A DNA stretch of 64,000 nt from Candidatus Cloacimonadota bacterium (GTDB lineage Bacteria > Cloacimonadota > Cloacimonadia > JGIOTU-2): positions 2,242 through 66,241 of the forward strand of contig JAGXLO010000002.1 in the NCBI GenBank assembly GCA_018334695.1, given 5' to 3'. The notes beneath the pieces were generated by a model. That model was not told the origin of the DNA. It saw nothing but the letters and a program-made list of their open reading frames with translations, and searched no databases. The position numbers and the translations under genes are program-made. Of the stretch, positions 31,551-42,286 are shown in pieces (within the stretch, counting starts at the first letter, position 1; each line of letters opens with the position of its first letter).

Positions 31551-32806
31551 TGGCTGAGAAAAAAGTTATGAATAGAAACTTTGTAGTATTTGGTGCAATT
31601 TTGATTCAACTTTGCTTGGGTGCAATATATGCTTGGTCTGTTTTTACAAAACCATTAGTTGAAGCTGGTTGGACAAGAACTCAAACACAAGCTGTTTTTG
31701 CTGCCGGTCTTGCTCTATTTGCCATAGTTATGGTTATTGCAGGTAGAATTATGCCAAAAATAGGTCCTAAAAAACTTGCAATAGCAGGTGGTATAGTTTT
31801 GGGGCTGGGTTATTTATTAGCCGGATTATTCGCTGGCACTAATTTTTGGCTTATTTTTATTTTCGTTGGAATAATCGGTGGCTCAGGTATAGGCTTGGCT
31901 TATGTGGTTCCTATTGCAGTTGGTATGCGCTGGTTTCCTGATAAAAAAGGTTTGATAACCGGATTAGCTGTTGCAGGTTTTGGTTTTGGTGCACTCTTAT
32001 GGGTTAAATTAGCTGGAACCTGGGGTGGTTTGATTGCTAACTTAGGTTTGAGCAATACCTTTACTATCTACGGAATAATATTTTTTCTAGCAGTGGTAAT
32101 CGGTAGTATCTGGATGGTTTATCCAGCTAAAGGCTGGAAACCCAAAGATTGGGTGCCCACAGAAGAGGATAAGAAACACGATGACTCCAAGAATCAGATA
32201 AAAAGTAAACAGATGCTAAAAACTCCTCAATTCTATATGATTCTTTTAACTTTTGCTTTTGGAGCCAGTGCGGGACTTATGAGTATTGGACTCATGAAAC
32301 TGTTTCCCATGCAAGCACTACAGGAAGCTGGCTTAAGCGAAATAGCAGCATCGGGTATCGCCGGTACAGCTATGGCTGTGTTTTTCTCATTAGCTAATGG
32401 ACTTGGCAGAATTGCCTGGGGCGCAATCAGTGATAAATTGGGACGTAAAAAATCAATAATCGTTATGATGGCTTCTCAAGGTGTTTTTGTAATTATATTT
32501 CAATGGATAGCCGGTATCCCGGCCTTACTCTATATTGGTGCCGCTCTGATTGGATTTAATTTTGGTGGAAACTTTGCTCTGTTCCCAACTATCACAGCTG
32601 AAACTTTTGGTACAAAATATATAGGTCAGAATTATGGTTGGGTTTTCCTTGCTTATGGAATAGGTGGAATATTTGGTCCTATTCTTGGCGGAAAATTAGG
32701 CGATATGGGCAACTTTCCCTTAGCCTTTATTATTTGCGGTGTTTTATGTTTTATAGCTGCAATAATAGTTTCCGGTGTAAAACCTCCCAGAATTAATGAA
32801 GCATAA
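31551..32806 (+). CDS. MFS transporter, oxalate/formate antiporter (OFA)-like family
   Basis: 12-TM MFS organisation. Start moved to ATG 31551 (GGAGACAG RBS), because the ORF-track start at 31517 lies inside the acs terminator hairpin. Confidence 0.65.
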
Positions 32807-32824
32807 TTAGTGTATTTTATAAAA

Positions 32825-32851
32825 GGGGCTGCTTTCGTAGCCTCTTTTTTT
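32825..32851 (+). terminator. intrinsic terminator after MFS transporter gene
   Basis: ggggctgc-tttc-gtagcctc hairpin (with G.U wobbles) followed by TTTTTTT. Confidence 0.55.
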
Positions 32852-33004
32852 ATTTATTTTATTGGATTATTATATTTAATGACTAAAAAAAATAGAGCTC
32901 CAAAATATAAAATTTTTAAAATCCATTCTTATTTTAATTTCTTAACATATAAGTTGACATATAAGCAGGAAAACTATTTTTAGTAAAAAATTTTCGGAGG
33001 AAAA

Positions 33005-33934
33005 ATGCCAATTAAAAAATTGGAAAACTTAATTGAACTTGCCCAAAAAAATAAGAAGAAAAGAGTTGTTGTTGCCTATGGTCAGGACGAAACAACAATA
33101 CTTTCAACCAAAAGAGCTATTGAATTGGGATTCGCCGATATTATTCTTATTGGTGATAAAAAAGTAATAAAAAAAGTTTGTTCTGACCATGATATTGATC
33201 CGGATATTTATACAATAATCCATGAACCGGATGAATTAAAATCTGGTAAAAAATCAATGGAACTTCTTAATGAGAAAAAAGGCGATGTCTTGATGAAGGG
33301 CTTGATCTCTACTGATAAATTAATAAAATGTATTCTTAATAAGGAATATGGAATTATGATCCCGGATGCTACCCTTGCCCATGTTTCCATAGCAGAAATT
33401 CCAAATTATCACAAACTCCTCATTTTTACCGACCCTGCTTTTATACCCCGCCCGAATATACATCAAAAAATCGCCATGACTCGCTATGTTATTGCCACTG
33501 CTTTAAAAATTGGCGTAAAAAGACCAAAAGTTTCTATTATTTCATTCTCTGAAAAAACAAACCCCAAAATTCCTACAGCTGTTGATGCTGCATTCATCTC
33601 AAAGATGGCTGACCGTGACCAAATTAAACATGCTGATATTGATGGTCCTCTCTCTATGGACCTTTCTATTGATCCGGAAAGCTTGAAATATAAAGGAGTT
33701 AAAAGCTGTGTAAAAGGTAATGCAGACTGCCTGGTGTTTCCCTTCCTGGAAGTTGCTAATGTTTTTTATAAATCTCTTACTTACTTTGCTCAAGCAGATA
33801 TGGCGAACTATATTGTTGGAACAAAAGTACCCACAACAATATCATCCAGAAGTGATACGGTAAAAAATAAATTGTATTCCCTTGCATTTTCCTGCTTGAT
33901 GGCAGAAAAAGGAAAAATCAAAAAAGAGGAATAA
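33005..33934 (+). CDS. phosphate acyltransferase (Pta/Ptb family), copy 2
   Basis: 309 aa paralogue of 11844-12737 with the same architecture (…VGTKVPTTISSRSDTVKNKLYSLAFS). GGAGG RBS. Confidence 0.55.
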   Translation: MPIKKLENLIELAQKNKKKRVVVAYGQDETTILSTKRAIELGFADIILIGDKKVIKKVCSDHDIDPDIYTIIHEPDELKSGKKSMELLNEKKGDVLMKGLISTDKLIKCILNKEYGIMIPDATLAHVSIAEIPNYHKLLIFTDPAFIPRPNIHQKIAMTRYVIATALKIGVKRPKVSIISFSEKTNPKIPTAVDAAFISKMADRDQIKHADIDGPLSMDLSIDPESLKYKGVKSCVKGNADCLVFPFLEVANVFYKSLTYFAQADMANYIVGTKVPTTISSRSDTVKNKLYSLAFSCLMAEKGKIKKEE

Positions 33935-33936
33935 TT

Positions 33937-34371
33937 ATGAAAATCGCAATTGCCTCAGACCATGCCGGTTATGAATTAAAAGAAAGTATCAAGAAAATAC
34001 TATCGAATTTCCATATAGTCGATTTCGGAGCAGATAGTGCTGAATCAATGGATTATCCTGACACAGGCTTTCAAGCAGCAGAGGCGGTTGCAAATGATAC
34101 TTGTGATAGAGGAATTGTAATATGTGGTAGTGGAATCGGTATGAGTATTGTGGCAAATAAAGTCCAGGGTATAAGAGCAGCATTGTGCCAGACCAAAGAA
34201 TTTGCTGTTCTCTCCCGAAAACACAATAATGCTAATGTACTGGCTCTCTCAGGCAGATTCATATCAAAATATCTGGCAAAGGAAATTATTCAAGTTTGGT
34301 TAAATACAAAATTCGACGGTGGGAGACATAAGCGAAGGATTGATAAAATAACTAAATACGAAAATAAATAA
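33937..34371 (+). CDS. rpiB: ribose-5-phosphate isomerase B (RpiB/LacAB family)
   Basis: MKIAIASDHAGYELKE and CGSGIGMSIVANK motifs. Confidence 0.8.
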   Translation: MKIAIASDHAGYELKESIKKILSNFHIVDFGADSAESMDYPDTGFQAAEAVANDTCDRGIVICGSGIGMSIVANKVQGIRAALCQTKEFAVLSRKHNNANVLALSGRFISKYLAKEIIQVWLNTKFDGGRHKRRIDKITKYENK

Positions 34372-34460
34372 ATATTATATCGTAACCTATAAAATATACA
34401 TCTCAATTATTTACATAATTAAAAATATTTCAAATCAAAAATATTAATTTCGGAGGAAAA

Positions 34461-35765
34461 ATGTTAAATTATCAGGAAATTAAGAAAACAGATCCTGAAA
34501 TGTATGAAGTTCTCATGAACGAAGTAAATAGACAGGAAGATAATCTGGAGCTCATTGCTTCTGAAAATATGGTTTCTGCAGCTGTATTGGAAGCAGCAGG
34601 CTCAGTTTTAACAAATAAATATGCAGAAGGCTATCCCTATCGTTTTAGCAGAAAAACCGGAGAACTAAAATATCGCTTGAATGGTAGATACTACGGTGGA
34701 TGTGAATATATTGATGAAGCAGAAAAATTGGCAATTGAAAGAGCAAAAAAGATTTTTGGCGCCGAGCACGCCAATGTACAACCTCATTCCGGTTCTCAGG
34801 CAAATATGGCAGCCTATTTTGCAGTTGCAAAGCCCGGAGATACAATTTTGAGTCTAAAATTATCACACGGTGGTCACCTGACTCACGGACATCCAATTAG
34901 TTTTTCCGGCAAATTGTTCAATATTATCAACTATGGTGTTGATAAAAAAACTGAAGTTTTTGACTACGATAAAATTCGCGAAAAAGCAATTGAGCACAAG
35001 CCCAAGATTATTTTAACCGGTGCCAGTGCATATCCCAGAGAAATAGATTTTAAAAAGTTTAGAAAAATTGCAGACGAAGTCGGCGCTGTTTTTATAGTTG
35101 ATATGGCACACATAGCAGGCTTGATCGCTGCCGGTCTTCACATGAACCCCGTTCCATACGCAGATATCGTTACCACTACAACTCATAAAACACTGCGCGG
35201 AGCTCGCGGTGGTATGATACTTTGCAAAGAAAATTATGCCAAAGATGTGGATAAATGGGTTTTTCCCGGTGTACAGGGCGGACCGCTGGAACATATAATT
35301 GCTTCCAAGGCTGTAGCATTCAAAGAAGCTATGTCTCCTGAATTTAATGAATATCAAAAGCAGATAGTTAAAAATGCAAAAGCACTTGCCCAGGGACTTT
35401 TGGAAAGAGGCTTTAACCTGGTTGCCAACGGCACTGATACTCATCTTATGATGATAAATTTGGGTGAGAAAGGCTCCGGTAATCCTTCTGGAAAAAAAAT
35501 GGAAAAAGCACTTGATAAAGCCGGTATAACCGCAAACAAAAACACTGTGCCCTTTGATACAAGAAAACCCTTCGTTGCCTCAGGTATAAGATTGGGTACA
35601 CCCGCTGTAACCACCAGAGGAATGAAAGAAAAAGAAATGGAACAAATCGCAGAATTCATTCTGCAAGTAAAAAATAACATCGAAAACGATGAAAAATTAG
35701 TAGAGATAAAGAAAGATGTAGTAAAGCTAACAAAACAATTTCCCTTCTACGCGTATCTACGCTAA
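34461..35765 (+). CDS. glyA: serine hydroxymethyltransferase
   Basis: SHMT motifs [26 protein letters not shown] (PLP-lysine region). Confidence 0.9.
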   Translation: MLNYQEIKKTDPEMYEVLMNEVNRQEDNLELIASENMVSAAVLEAAGSVLTNKYAEGYPYRFSRKTGELKYRLNGRYYGGCEYIDEAEKLAIERAKKIFGAEHANVQPHSGSQANMAAYFAVAKPGDTILSLKLSHGGHLTHGHPISFSGKLFNIINYGVDKKTEVFDYDKIREKAIEHKPKIILTGASAYPREIDFKKFRKIADEVGAVFIVDMAHIAGLIAAGLHMNPVPYADIVTTTTHKTLRGARGGMILCKENYAKDVDKWVFPGVQGGPLEHIIASKAVAFKEAMSPEFNEYQKQIVKNAKALAQGLLERGFNLVANGTDTHLMMINLGEKGSGNPSGKKMEKALDKAGITANKNTVPFDTRKPFVASGIRLGTPAVTTRGMKEKEMEQIAEFILQVKNNIENDEKLVEIKKDVVKLTKQFPFYAYLR

Positions 35766-35777
35766 TTAGGAGTATAT

Positions 35778-36608
35778 ATGAAACTAACAACATTTCGACA
35801 TGGCGAAACCATTGAAGAACTGAAAAATAAAGTAAAAAAAGCCCGTAAAACTATGTATCTCAACGAGATTAACTTGAGATATAAAAAGTGGAAGGCTGCA
35901 AATCTGGAAATCACAAATAATAAAGAAGAAAATCTAAAGGAAAAGATACGTCTGTATGCAGAATATAGAGCGTTTCTGTTTTCCAAAAAATATCGTAACT
36001 TCAAGACCTTTCTGAAAGAACGCAAACTATTCGAAACTGCTCTGTCCGAATTTACCTATTATCTGCTAAAGGATATGGATGTTTTTGCCGGTGAAGATTT
36101 TGATTTCAAGCGAGCCCGTATTCCCGTAGATTTCAATTTTGACTATGATGATTACTCAAAGATGGATCAATGTAACTTTTTGGACTTAAAGAAACAAAAG
36201 ATGAGATGTGTTATAGGAAAAGAAGTTAATATTAACTATAAGATTGCAGATTCTGAAGATGACTTTAGTGATAAGTTCACCTTCCCGCTACTTGTTACAG
36301 AAACAGCAATGATACTTGATAATTGGCTGGCAAATAATATTAATCAGCACGTAAGAAGAATAAAAAAATATTTTCCCAATTGCTATGCAGCTGTTATCTG
36401 TGAAGTTTTGGACGATGATTTTGATTATACGATTTCTGATTCCAAATTAGACTATATCTTCATCATCCAACGACAGACTGCTGGTATGAAAAGAAGAGAT
36501 ATTTCCTATGATGTAATCTCTGCCTATCTCAATTCTATAAGAGAAAAATTTGTTGACCACGAGAAAAAATTTAATAAAATTATAAATAGCGGGATTATAA
36601 AAGGATAA
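35778..36608 (+). CDS. hypothetical protein (cotranscribed between glyA and moxR)
   Basis: ORF 12 nt after glyA stop with AGGAG RBS. No motif recognised. Asp/Phe-rich. Confidence 0.35.
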   Translation: MKLTTFRHGETIEELKNKVKKARKTMYLNEINLRYKKWKAANLEITNNKEENLKEKIRLYAEYRAFLFSKKYRNFKTFLKERKLFETALSEFTYYLLKDMDVFAGEDFDFKRARIPVDFNFDYDDYSKMDQCNFLDLKKQKMRCVIGKEVNINYKIADSEDDFSDKFTFPLLVTETAMILDNWLANNINQHVRRIKKYFPNCYAAVICEVLDDDFDYTISDSKLDYIFIIQRQTAGMKRRDISYDVISAYLNSIREKFVDHEKKFNKIINSGIIKG

Positions 36609-36622
36609 AATAGGAGTCGAAT

Positions 36623-37606
36623 ATGGATATTGAATTAATTAATAAAAAAGTCATGGAACAAACTGAGTTTCTTCAGTCCCTGTTTAAAGAAGTTGGTAAA
36701 ATTATTGTTGGTCAGGAATATATGATCCGCAGATTGCTTATCGGACTTTTTGCCGATGGACATATTCTTTTGGAAGGTGTGCCAGGTCTTGCCAAGACAC
36801 TTGCCGTAAGCACTATAAGTGATATAATTGATGCAGACTTTCAACGTATACAATTCACCCCCGATCTTTTACCTTCCGACCTTATCGGAACTCTTATCTA
36901 TAATCAAAAGGATGGTATTTTTACTCCCAAGAAAGGTCCCATCTTTGCCAATCTGATACTGGCTGACGAGATCAACAGGGCACCGGCAAAGGTACAAAGT
37001 GCTCTCCTGGAATCTATGCAGGAACGGCAGGTTACTATTGGTGACACCTCTTATAAGCTGGAACAACCTTTCCTGGTTTTGGCTACACAGAATCCCATAG
37101 AACAAGAAGGCACTTATCCGCTGCCCGAAGCTCAGGTAGATAGGTTTATGCTAAAACTAAAGATCGATTATCCTAATAAAGAAGAAGAAAAATTAATACT
37201 GGAAAGAATGTCGGATCGACCTGACCTGGAAGTTAATCAAATAATTTCACCCCAGAAAGTGCTTGAATTACGTGATCTGGTCGATGAAATTTACGTAGAT
37301 GAAAAAGTTAAAGAATACGTTCTCGATATAGTTTTTTCTACCCGTAAACCAGAAAAATATGGTCTCGATAGACTAAAAGATTACATAGAATACGGTGCTT
37401 CCCCCAGAGCTTCAATTTTTTTGGTTCGTGCTGCCAAAGCTAATGCCCTGCTAAATCAGCGTGGTTATGTATCTCCGGAAGATATAAAAGAGATTGGTAA
37501 AGACATATTAAGACACCGCATAATTCTTACTTATGAAGCAGAAGCAGAAAATGTAAGCAGCGAAGATATTGTGCAGTGGATATTTGAAGAAATCGAAATT
37601 CCGTAA
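36623..37606 (+). CDS. MoxR-family AAA+ ATPase
   Basis: Walker A GVPGLAKT, Walker B ILADEINRA, sensor/arginine-finger region typical of the MoxR/RavA subfamily. Confidence 0.85.
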   Translation: MDIELINKKVMEQTEFLQSLFKEVGKIIVGQEYMIRRLLIGLFADGHILLEGVPGLAKTLAVSTISDIIDADFQRIQFTPDLLPSDLIGTLIYNQKDGIFTPKKGPIFANLILADEINRAPAKVQSALLESMQERQVTIGDTSYKLEQPFLVLATQNPIEQEGTYPLPEAQVDRFMLKLKIDYPNKEEEKLILERMSDRPDLEVNQIISPQKVLELRDLVDEIYVDEKVKEYVLDIVFSTRKPEKYGLDRLKDYIEYGASPRASIFLVRAAKANALLNQRGYVSPEDIKEIGKDILRHRIILTYEAEAENVSSEDIVQWIFEEIEIP

Positions 37607-37644
37607 TTCCCTAATTGTCGATTAAATATTTTCTTTATTGACTT

Positions 37645-38523
37645 ATGATACCAAAAGAAATACTGGATAAAGTAAAAAAAATCGAGATAACCACTCGTAA
37701 CCTGGTTGACGAGATCTTCTCCGGTGAATATCACAGTATCTTTAAGGGACAGGGACTGGAATTTTCGGAAGTTCGCCCTTATCAACCCGGGGATAATGTT
37801 AAGTTTATTGATTGGAATGTTACTGCTCGTACCGGAACACCTTATATCAAAAAGTTTGAAGAAACCAGAGAACTAACCGTACTGCTTATGATCGATGTTA
37901 GCCGTTCCGGAGCATTTGGCAGTATTAATAAATTCAAACGTGAAATTGCAGCGGAAATAGGCTCTGTACTTGCATTCTCAGCAATAAAAAATAACGATAA
38001 AGTCGGTCTGCTCCTGTTTTCTGATGCTATAGAAAAATATATCCCTCCCAAAAAAGGAAAAAAAGCAGTACTTAGACTCATAAGAGAAATTCTTTACCAT
38101 AAAGCTCAGAATCATAAAACCAATATTCAAAAAGCTCTGGAATATTATTACAAAATGTCCAAAAAACGCAGTATTATCTTCTTGATCTCTGATTTTTTCG
38201 ATAAAGATTATATGGACTCCATGCAGATTGTTGCCCAAAAACATGATTTGATAGCAGTAAGAATACTCGACCCGCATGAATTAGAATTGCCGGGGAAAGG
38301 CTATTTTAATCTGGAAGATGCCGAGACCGGTAAAACCCAGCTCATAAACGCAGCCGATAAAACTTTTCGTGAAAACTTCCAAAAACGTATCAACCAAAGA
38401 ATAAATTCATTACAAAAGGATTTGAAAAAGAACAGGATAGATCTCATAGATATTCGCACTGATGAAACTTATGTAAAAAGCCTGATAAAATTTTTTACCC
38501 GACGTATTCGGAGGCGACGTTGA
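37645..38523 (+). CDS. DUF58 (VWA-like) protein, MoxR partner
   Basis: Conserved position directly downstream of MoxR. Resembles DUF58 (LLMIDVSRSGAFGS VWA-like MIDAS). Confidence 0.6.
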   Translation: MIPKEILDKVKKIEITTRNLVDEIFSGEYHSIFKGQGLEFSEVRPYQPGDNVKFIDWNVTARTGTPYIKKFEETRELTVLLMIDVSRSGAFGSINKFKREIAAEIGSVLAFSAIKNNDKVGLLLFSDAIEKYIPPKKGKKAVLRLIREILYHKAQNHKTNIQKALEYYYKMSKKRSIIFLISDFFDKDYMDSMQIVAQKHDLIAVRILDPHELELPGKGYFNLEDAETGKTQLINAADKTFRENFQKRINQRINSLQKDLKKNRIDLIDIRTDETYVKSLIKFFTRRIRRRR

Positions 38524-39482
38524 AGAAAATTCTGCTTGTCCTCTTGTGCCTGCTCTTAACTCAAACCCTGGGTGCAGTCTCCATAAGGACAAATATTGAC
38601 CGCGACTCCACTAATCTAAAGCAACTCAAGATAGGCGATAGAATATATCTGAATATTAATATCTCACATACAAAAGAAGATTCTGTATATTTGGACCGTA
38701 ATTATATCCGCAAACTGCAAGAGGATTCAGACTTTGTTCTGATATCACATAAAAAGCAATCTAAAACTACCGAAAATGAAAATCTAACCGAATTTGATAT
38801 TACCTCCACATTTTTTGATGTTGGTGCGCAAACAATTCCTGCTCTTAAATTTAATATTTTAAGTAAAAGTGATACAACAGTAGTCTATTCCGACTCCATT
38901 GGAGTGCAGATAAACTCAGTAATAGAAGATGATACAACTCAAAATGAAATAAAAGATATAGTAGAACCCATCAGCATTAGTTTAACTGCCTGGGATATAA
39001 TTTTTCCTATCTTAGTTCTAGCTCTTATCGGAGCGATTATCTTTATCTTGATAAAAAGAAAATCAGGAAAATCCATAATTCCACCCAAAAAAGAAAAACA
39101 GATACCCGCCCATATCGTTGCACTCCAAAAACTTGATCAGCTTGCTCTGGATAAATTGCTGGAGCAGGGAAAACTAAAACAATTCTTCGTGAGAATTTCC
39201 TGGATTTGCCGTGAGTATCTGGAAAGAAGATATAACCTGCCGGTTTTGGAAAGCACTACCACGGAAATAAAGAGAGCTCTAAAAGATAGGGGAGTTGAAT
39301 ACTCAAATAAATTTTATAAGTTCCTTCTGGAATGTGATAAAGTTAAATACGCTCGTTTTCATAAGTCTATTAACGAAGGACAAGAGATGCTGAAAGAGCT
39401 GGAAAATCTGATAATGAAGACCAAAAAAACAGTAGTGGAAAAGCAAATAGAGGATAAGGGTGATGAACATAACATTTCTTAA
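38520..39482 (+). CDS. hypothetical membrane protein of the Bat operon
   Basis: Signal peptide plus one TM (ISLTAWDIIFPILVLALIGAIIFIL). Positioned as the unnamed ORF upstream of batA in Bacteroides-type operons. Confidence 0.4.
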   Translation: MKKILLVLLCLLLTQTLGAVSIRTNIDRDSTNLKQLKIGDRIYLNINISHTKEDSVYLDRNYIRKLQEDSDFVLISHKKQSKTTENENLTEFDITSTFFDVGAQTIPALKFNILSKSDTTVVYSDSIGVQINSVIEDDTTQNEIKDIVEPISISLTAWDIIFPILVLALIGAIIFILIKRKSGKSIIPPKKEKQIPAHIVALQKLDQLALDKLLEQGKLKQFFVRISWICREYLERRYNLPVLESTTTEIKRALKDRGVEYSNKFYKFLLECDKVKYARFHKSINEGQEMLKELENLIMKTKKTVVEKQIEDKGDEHNIS

Positions 39483-40464
39483 TCCCGAATTTTTCTGGCT
39501 CTTGCTTATAATACCAGTGTTCGCTCTTTATGAGATCTTTGTAAGGACAAAGAAAAAACCCACACTGCTTTTTTCTGACATCGGAGATATAAAATCGAGC
39601 TATCCGTCCCAAAAAAACTATTTTTACTACATTGGTCATTATATTTTTAAATTGCTCTTTATTTTCTGCCTCGTTTTGATACTGGCACGTCCCGTAATTC
39701 CGGAAAAGCTGGTCAAAATTGACGAGAAAGGTGTGGATATTATCCTCACACTGGATGTTTCTACAAGTATGAGAGCTATTGATTTTAAACCCAAAAACAG
39801 ACTTTATGTTGCCAAAGAAGAGGCAAAAAACTTTATTGATTCACGTACCAACGACAGAGTCGGGTTGGTTATCTTTGGTGGTAAAAGCTATACACAATGT
39901 CCCCTTACTATAGATCATAATATTCTCAAAACTCTTTTGGAACAAATAAAAACAGGTATGGTGGAAGACGGCACTGCCATAGGAATGGGTCTGGCAACTT
40001 CCATAAACAGATTGCGTGACTCAAAAGCTAAGAGTAAAGTGATAATATTGCTTACAGACGGCAGGAATAATGCCGGTGAGATGGATCCCATTACAGCTGC
40101 TCAGCTAGCTAAAGAACTGGGTATAAAGATATACACGATAGCAGTGGGCAAAGAGGGAGAATCCAAAATTCTGGTGGATCATCCCATATACGGAAAACAA
40201 TATGTAACCCAAAATCTGGATATCGATATGGAATCACTAAATAAAATAGCAGAACTGGGCAATACAAGCTACGCACGCCGAGCCAGAAACAGTAAAGAAC
40301 TAAAGCAAGTACTCACAGAAATAGACAAGCTGGAAAAAACTAAGGTTTCCGAAAAAATACGTTATAGATATTATGAAATTTTTTATTATTTTGTCTATGT
40401 GGCAATTGCTTTATTTATTCTTGATATTATTTTTTCCAGAATTATTTTAGCGAGGATACCATAA
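39460..40464 (+). CDS. batA: BatA-like von Willebrand factor A domain membrane protein
   Basis: N-terminal TMs, VWA MIDAS motif LDVSTSM, LTDGRNNAG, C-terminal TM. Confidence 0.7.
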   Translation: MMNITFLNPEFFWLLLIIPVFALYEIFVRTKKKPTLLFSDIGDIKSSYPSQKNYFYYIGHYIFKLLFIFCLVLILARPVIPEKLVKIDEKGVDIILTLDVSTSMRAIDFKPKNRLYVAKEEAKNFIDSRTNDRVGLVIFGGKSYTQCPLTIDHNILKTLLEQIKTGMVEDGTAIGMGLATSINRLRDSKAKSKVIILLTDGRNNAGEMDPITAAQLAKELGIKIYTIAVGKEGESKILVDHPIYGKQYVTQNLDIDMESLNKIAELGNTSYARRARNSKELKQVLTEIDKLEKTKVSEKIRYRYYEIFYYFVYVAIALFILDIIFSRIILARIP

Positions 40465-40465
40465 T

Positions 40466-41494
40466 ATGCATTTTGGAAATCCCACAGCCTTTTTTGGGTT
40501 ACTTTTAATACCTGTAATCATACTGCTTTTGCTCTGGAGTAAAGCCAGAAAGAAAAAGTTCACGCATTCTTTTGTCTCGGAGAAGATTGAAAAAAGGTTG
40601 ATCTTTAATGTATCCACCTTCAGCAAAGGATTACAGCCTGTTTTAATTATAATTATGCTCATGCTTCTGGTTTTTGCTGCAGCTCGTCCCCAATGGGGCA
40701 AAAAACTGGAAATTGTAGAGGAAAAAGCCATTGATATCGTTGTAGCTGTAGATGTTTCCAAAAGCATGCTGGCAGAAGATATAAAACCCAATCGCATAAA
40801 ACGTGCAAAAAATTCCTTTCAGGAGTTTGTAAACGGTCTAAAAACAGATAGAGTGGGTATTATCCTTTTTGCCGGTAATAGCTTTGTACAATGTCCCCTC
40901 ACAAATGATTATTCTGCTTTGAATATGTTTGCTTCCATTATTGAAGTGGGTCTCATTCCGCAACCAGGAACTAATATCTCTTCTGCTATTTCCAATGCGG
41001 TAGAACTGTATCCAAAAGGCTCACAAAATCGGGTGCTTGTTTTAATCACAGACGGAGAAAATCTGCAGGGAGATATTAAGGCACAAATCAAAAAAGCAAA
41101 TAACAACAACATCATTATCTATGCCATAGGTATCGGAACAACTCAGGGTGCACCCATACCCGTGTCCAAAAAAGATGCAAATAGTAAATCTTACCTAAAG
41201 GATGAAGAAGGCAATATTGTGCTTTCTCGCCTTGATGTGCAAACTTTAAGCACTATAACCAGTCAAACAGGCGGTAAATTGTATCAAGTTACTCCCGGCG
41301 GACGCCAGATAGAAAAAATACTGAAGGATATTAACTCCCTGGAAAAAGAAAAAATCGCTCAACATAAATACTCCAAATATAAAGAACAATACAAATACTT
41401 TATATTATTGGCATTTATAATTTCGGTAATATTATTTGCACTGCTTGATAGAAAGCTAAAAGCAAAATTCAAATTATTTAGAGGTAAATTATGA
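40466..41494 (+). CDS. batB: BatB-like VWA domain membrane protein
   Basis: VWA MIDAS VDVSKSM, ITDGENLQGD, terminal TM. Confidence 0.7.
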   Translation: MHFGNPTAFFGLLLIPVIILLLLWSKARKKKFTHSFVSEKIEKRLIFNVSTFSKGLQPVLIIIMLMLLVFAAARPQWGKKLEIVEEKAIDIVVAVDVSKSMLAEDIKPNRIKRAKNSFQEFVNGLKTDRVGIILFAGNSFVQCPLTNDYSALNMFASIIEVGLIPQPGTNISSAISNAVELYPKGSQNRVLVLITDGENLQGDIKAQIKKANNNNIIIYAIGIGTTQGAPIPVSKKDANSKSYLKDEEGNIVLSRLDVQTLSTITSQTGGKLYQVTPGGRQIEKILKDINSLEKEKIAQHKYSKYKEQYKYFILLAFIISVILFALLDRKLKAKFKLFRGKL

Positions 41495-42273
41495 AGCTGA
41501 AAAAAACCTTATTTTTGTTAACATTAATTATAATTATCTCGGCAAATCTGCATGGCTTTAATTACAGTGAAGTGCTAAAGAATAACAAAGCCAATAAGCT
41601 TTATAAAGAGGGAGATTATATCCAGGCAAAGGAATTGTATCAGGAAAATAGTATAAGGAATCCGCAAAGAAATGAATTGCAGTTTAATCTGGGAGATGCC
41701 TATTACAAGAGCCAGGACTTTGAAAAAGCGCTTTCTGCTTTCAATAAAGCCCTACAGGACCAGGAGCTTGATAAATCAATAGTCAACTATAACCTGGGCA
41801 ATACCTATTTTAAGTCAAATAAACCGGAAGAGGCATTAAAAAAATACCAGCAAGCCTTGATTGATAATCCCAATAACGAAAATGCCCGCTATAACTACGA
41901 ACTTGTAAAAAAAATGATGCAACAGCAAAAACAACAACAGCAAAAGAAGCAAGATCAAGAAAATAAAGAGAACAAAGACAAACAGAAAAAAGATAAACAG
42001 GAACAACAACAAGATCAGCAGCAAAAAGATAAGCAGCAAGAGCAACAAAAAGAAGAACAAAAAAAGGAACAGCAAGAGAAGCAGGAGCAACAGAAGAAAA
42101 AAGAACAGCAAAAACAAAAGCCTGAGCAAAGCAAGGAAGAAAAAGAAAAAATAAAACAGGCTAAGCGAATATTAAACGCCATGCAGCAAAAAGAAGACGA
42201 AAATCAAAAAAAGAGAATAAAAGAAATTCTCGAGAAAAAAAGCCCAACTGTAGATGTAAAAAAGGATTGGTAA
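41491..42273 (+). CDS. batC: BatC-like TPR-repeat protein with long Gln/Lys/Glu low-complexity region
   Basis: TPR-like repeats (LGDAYYKSQDFEKALSAFNKAL...). About 100-aa Q/K/E-rich segment. Confidence 0.6.
   Translation: MKLKKTLFLLTLIIIISANLHGFNYSEVLKNNKANKLYKEGDYIQAKELYQENSIRNPQRNELQFNLGDAYYKSQDFEKALSAFNKALQDQELDKSIVNYNLGNTYFKSNKPEEALKKYQQALIDNPNNENARYNYELVKKMMQQQKQQQQKKQDQENKENKDKQKKDKQEQQQDQQQKDKQQEQQKEEQKKEQQEKQEQQKKKEQQKQKPEQSKEEKEKIKQAKRILNAMQQKEDENQKKRIKEILEKKSPTVDVKKDW
41893..42187 (+). repeat. coding low-complexity CAA/CAG/AAA/GAA-rich tract (Q/K/E repeat) inside batC
   Basis: Directly visible as runs of caacag/aaacaa/gaacaa. Its antisense strand gives a spurious poly-Leu ORF (41836-42129). 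Confidence 0.8.
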
Positions 42274-42286
42274 TAATCAAAAAAAA

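Noticed and set aside
41836-42129. 97-aa poly-Leu/Phe ORF on the minus strand
   Set aside because: It is the antisense reading of the CAA/AAG/GAA low-complexity tract inside batC. It is a composition artefact, not a gene.
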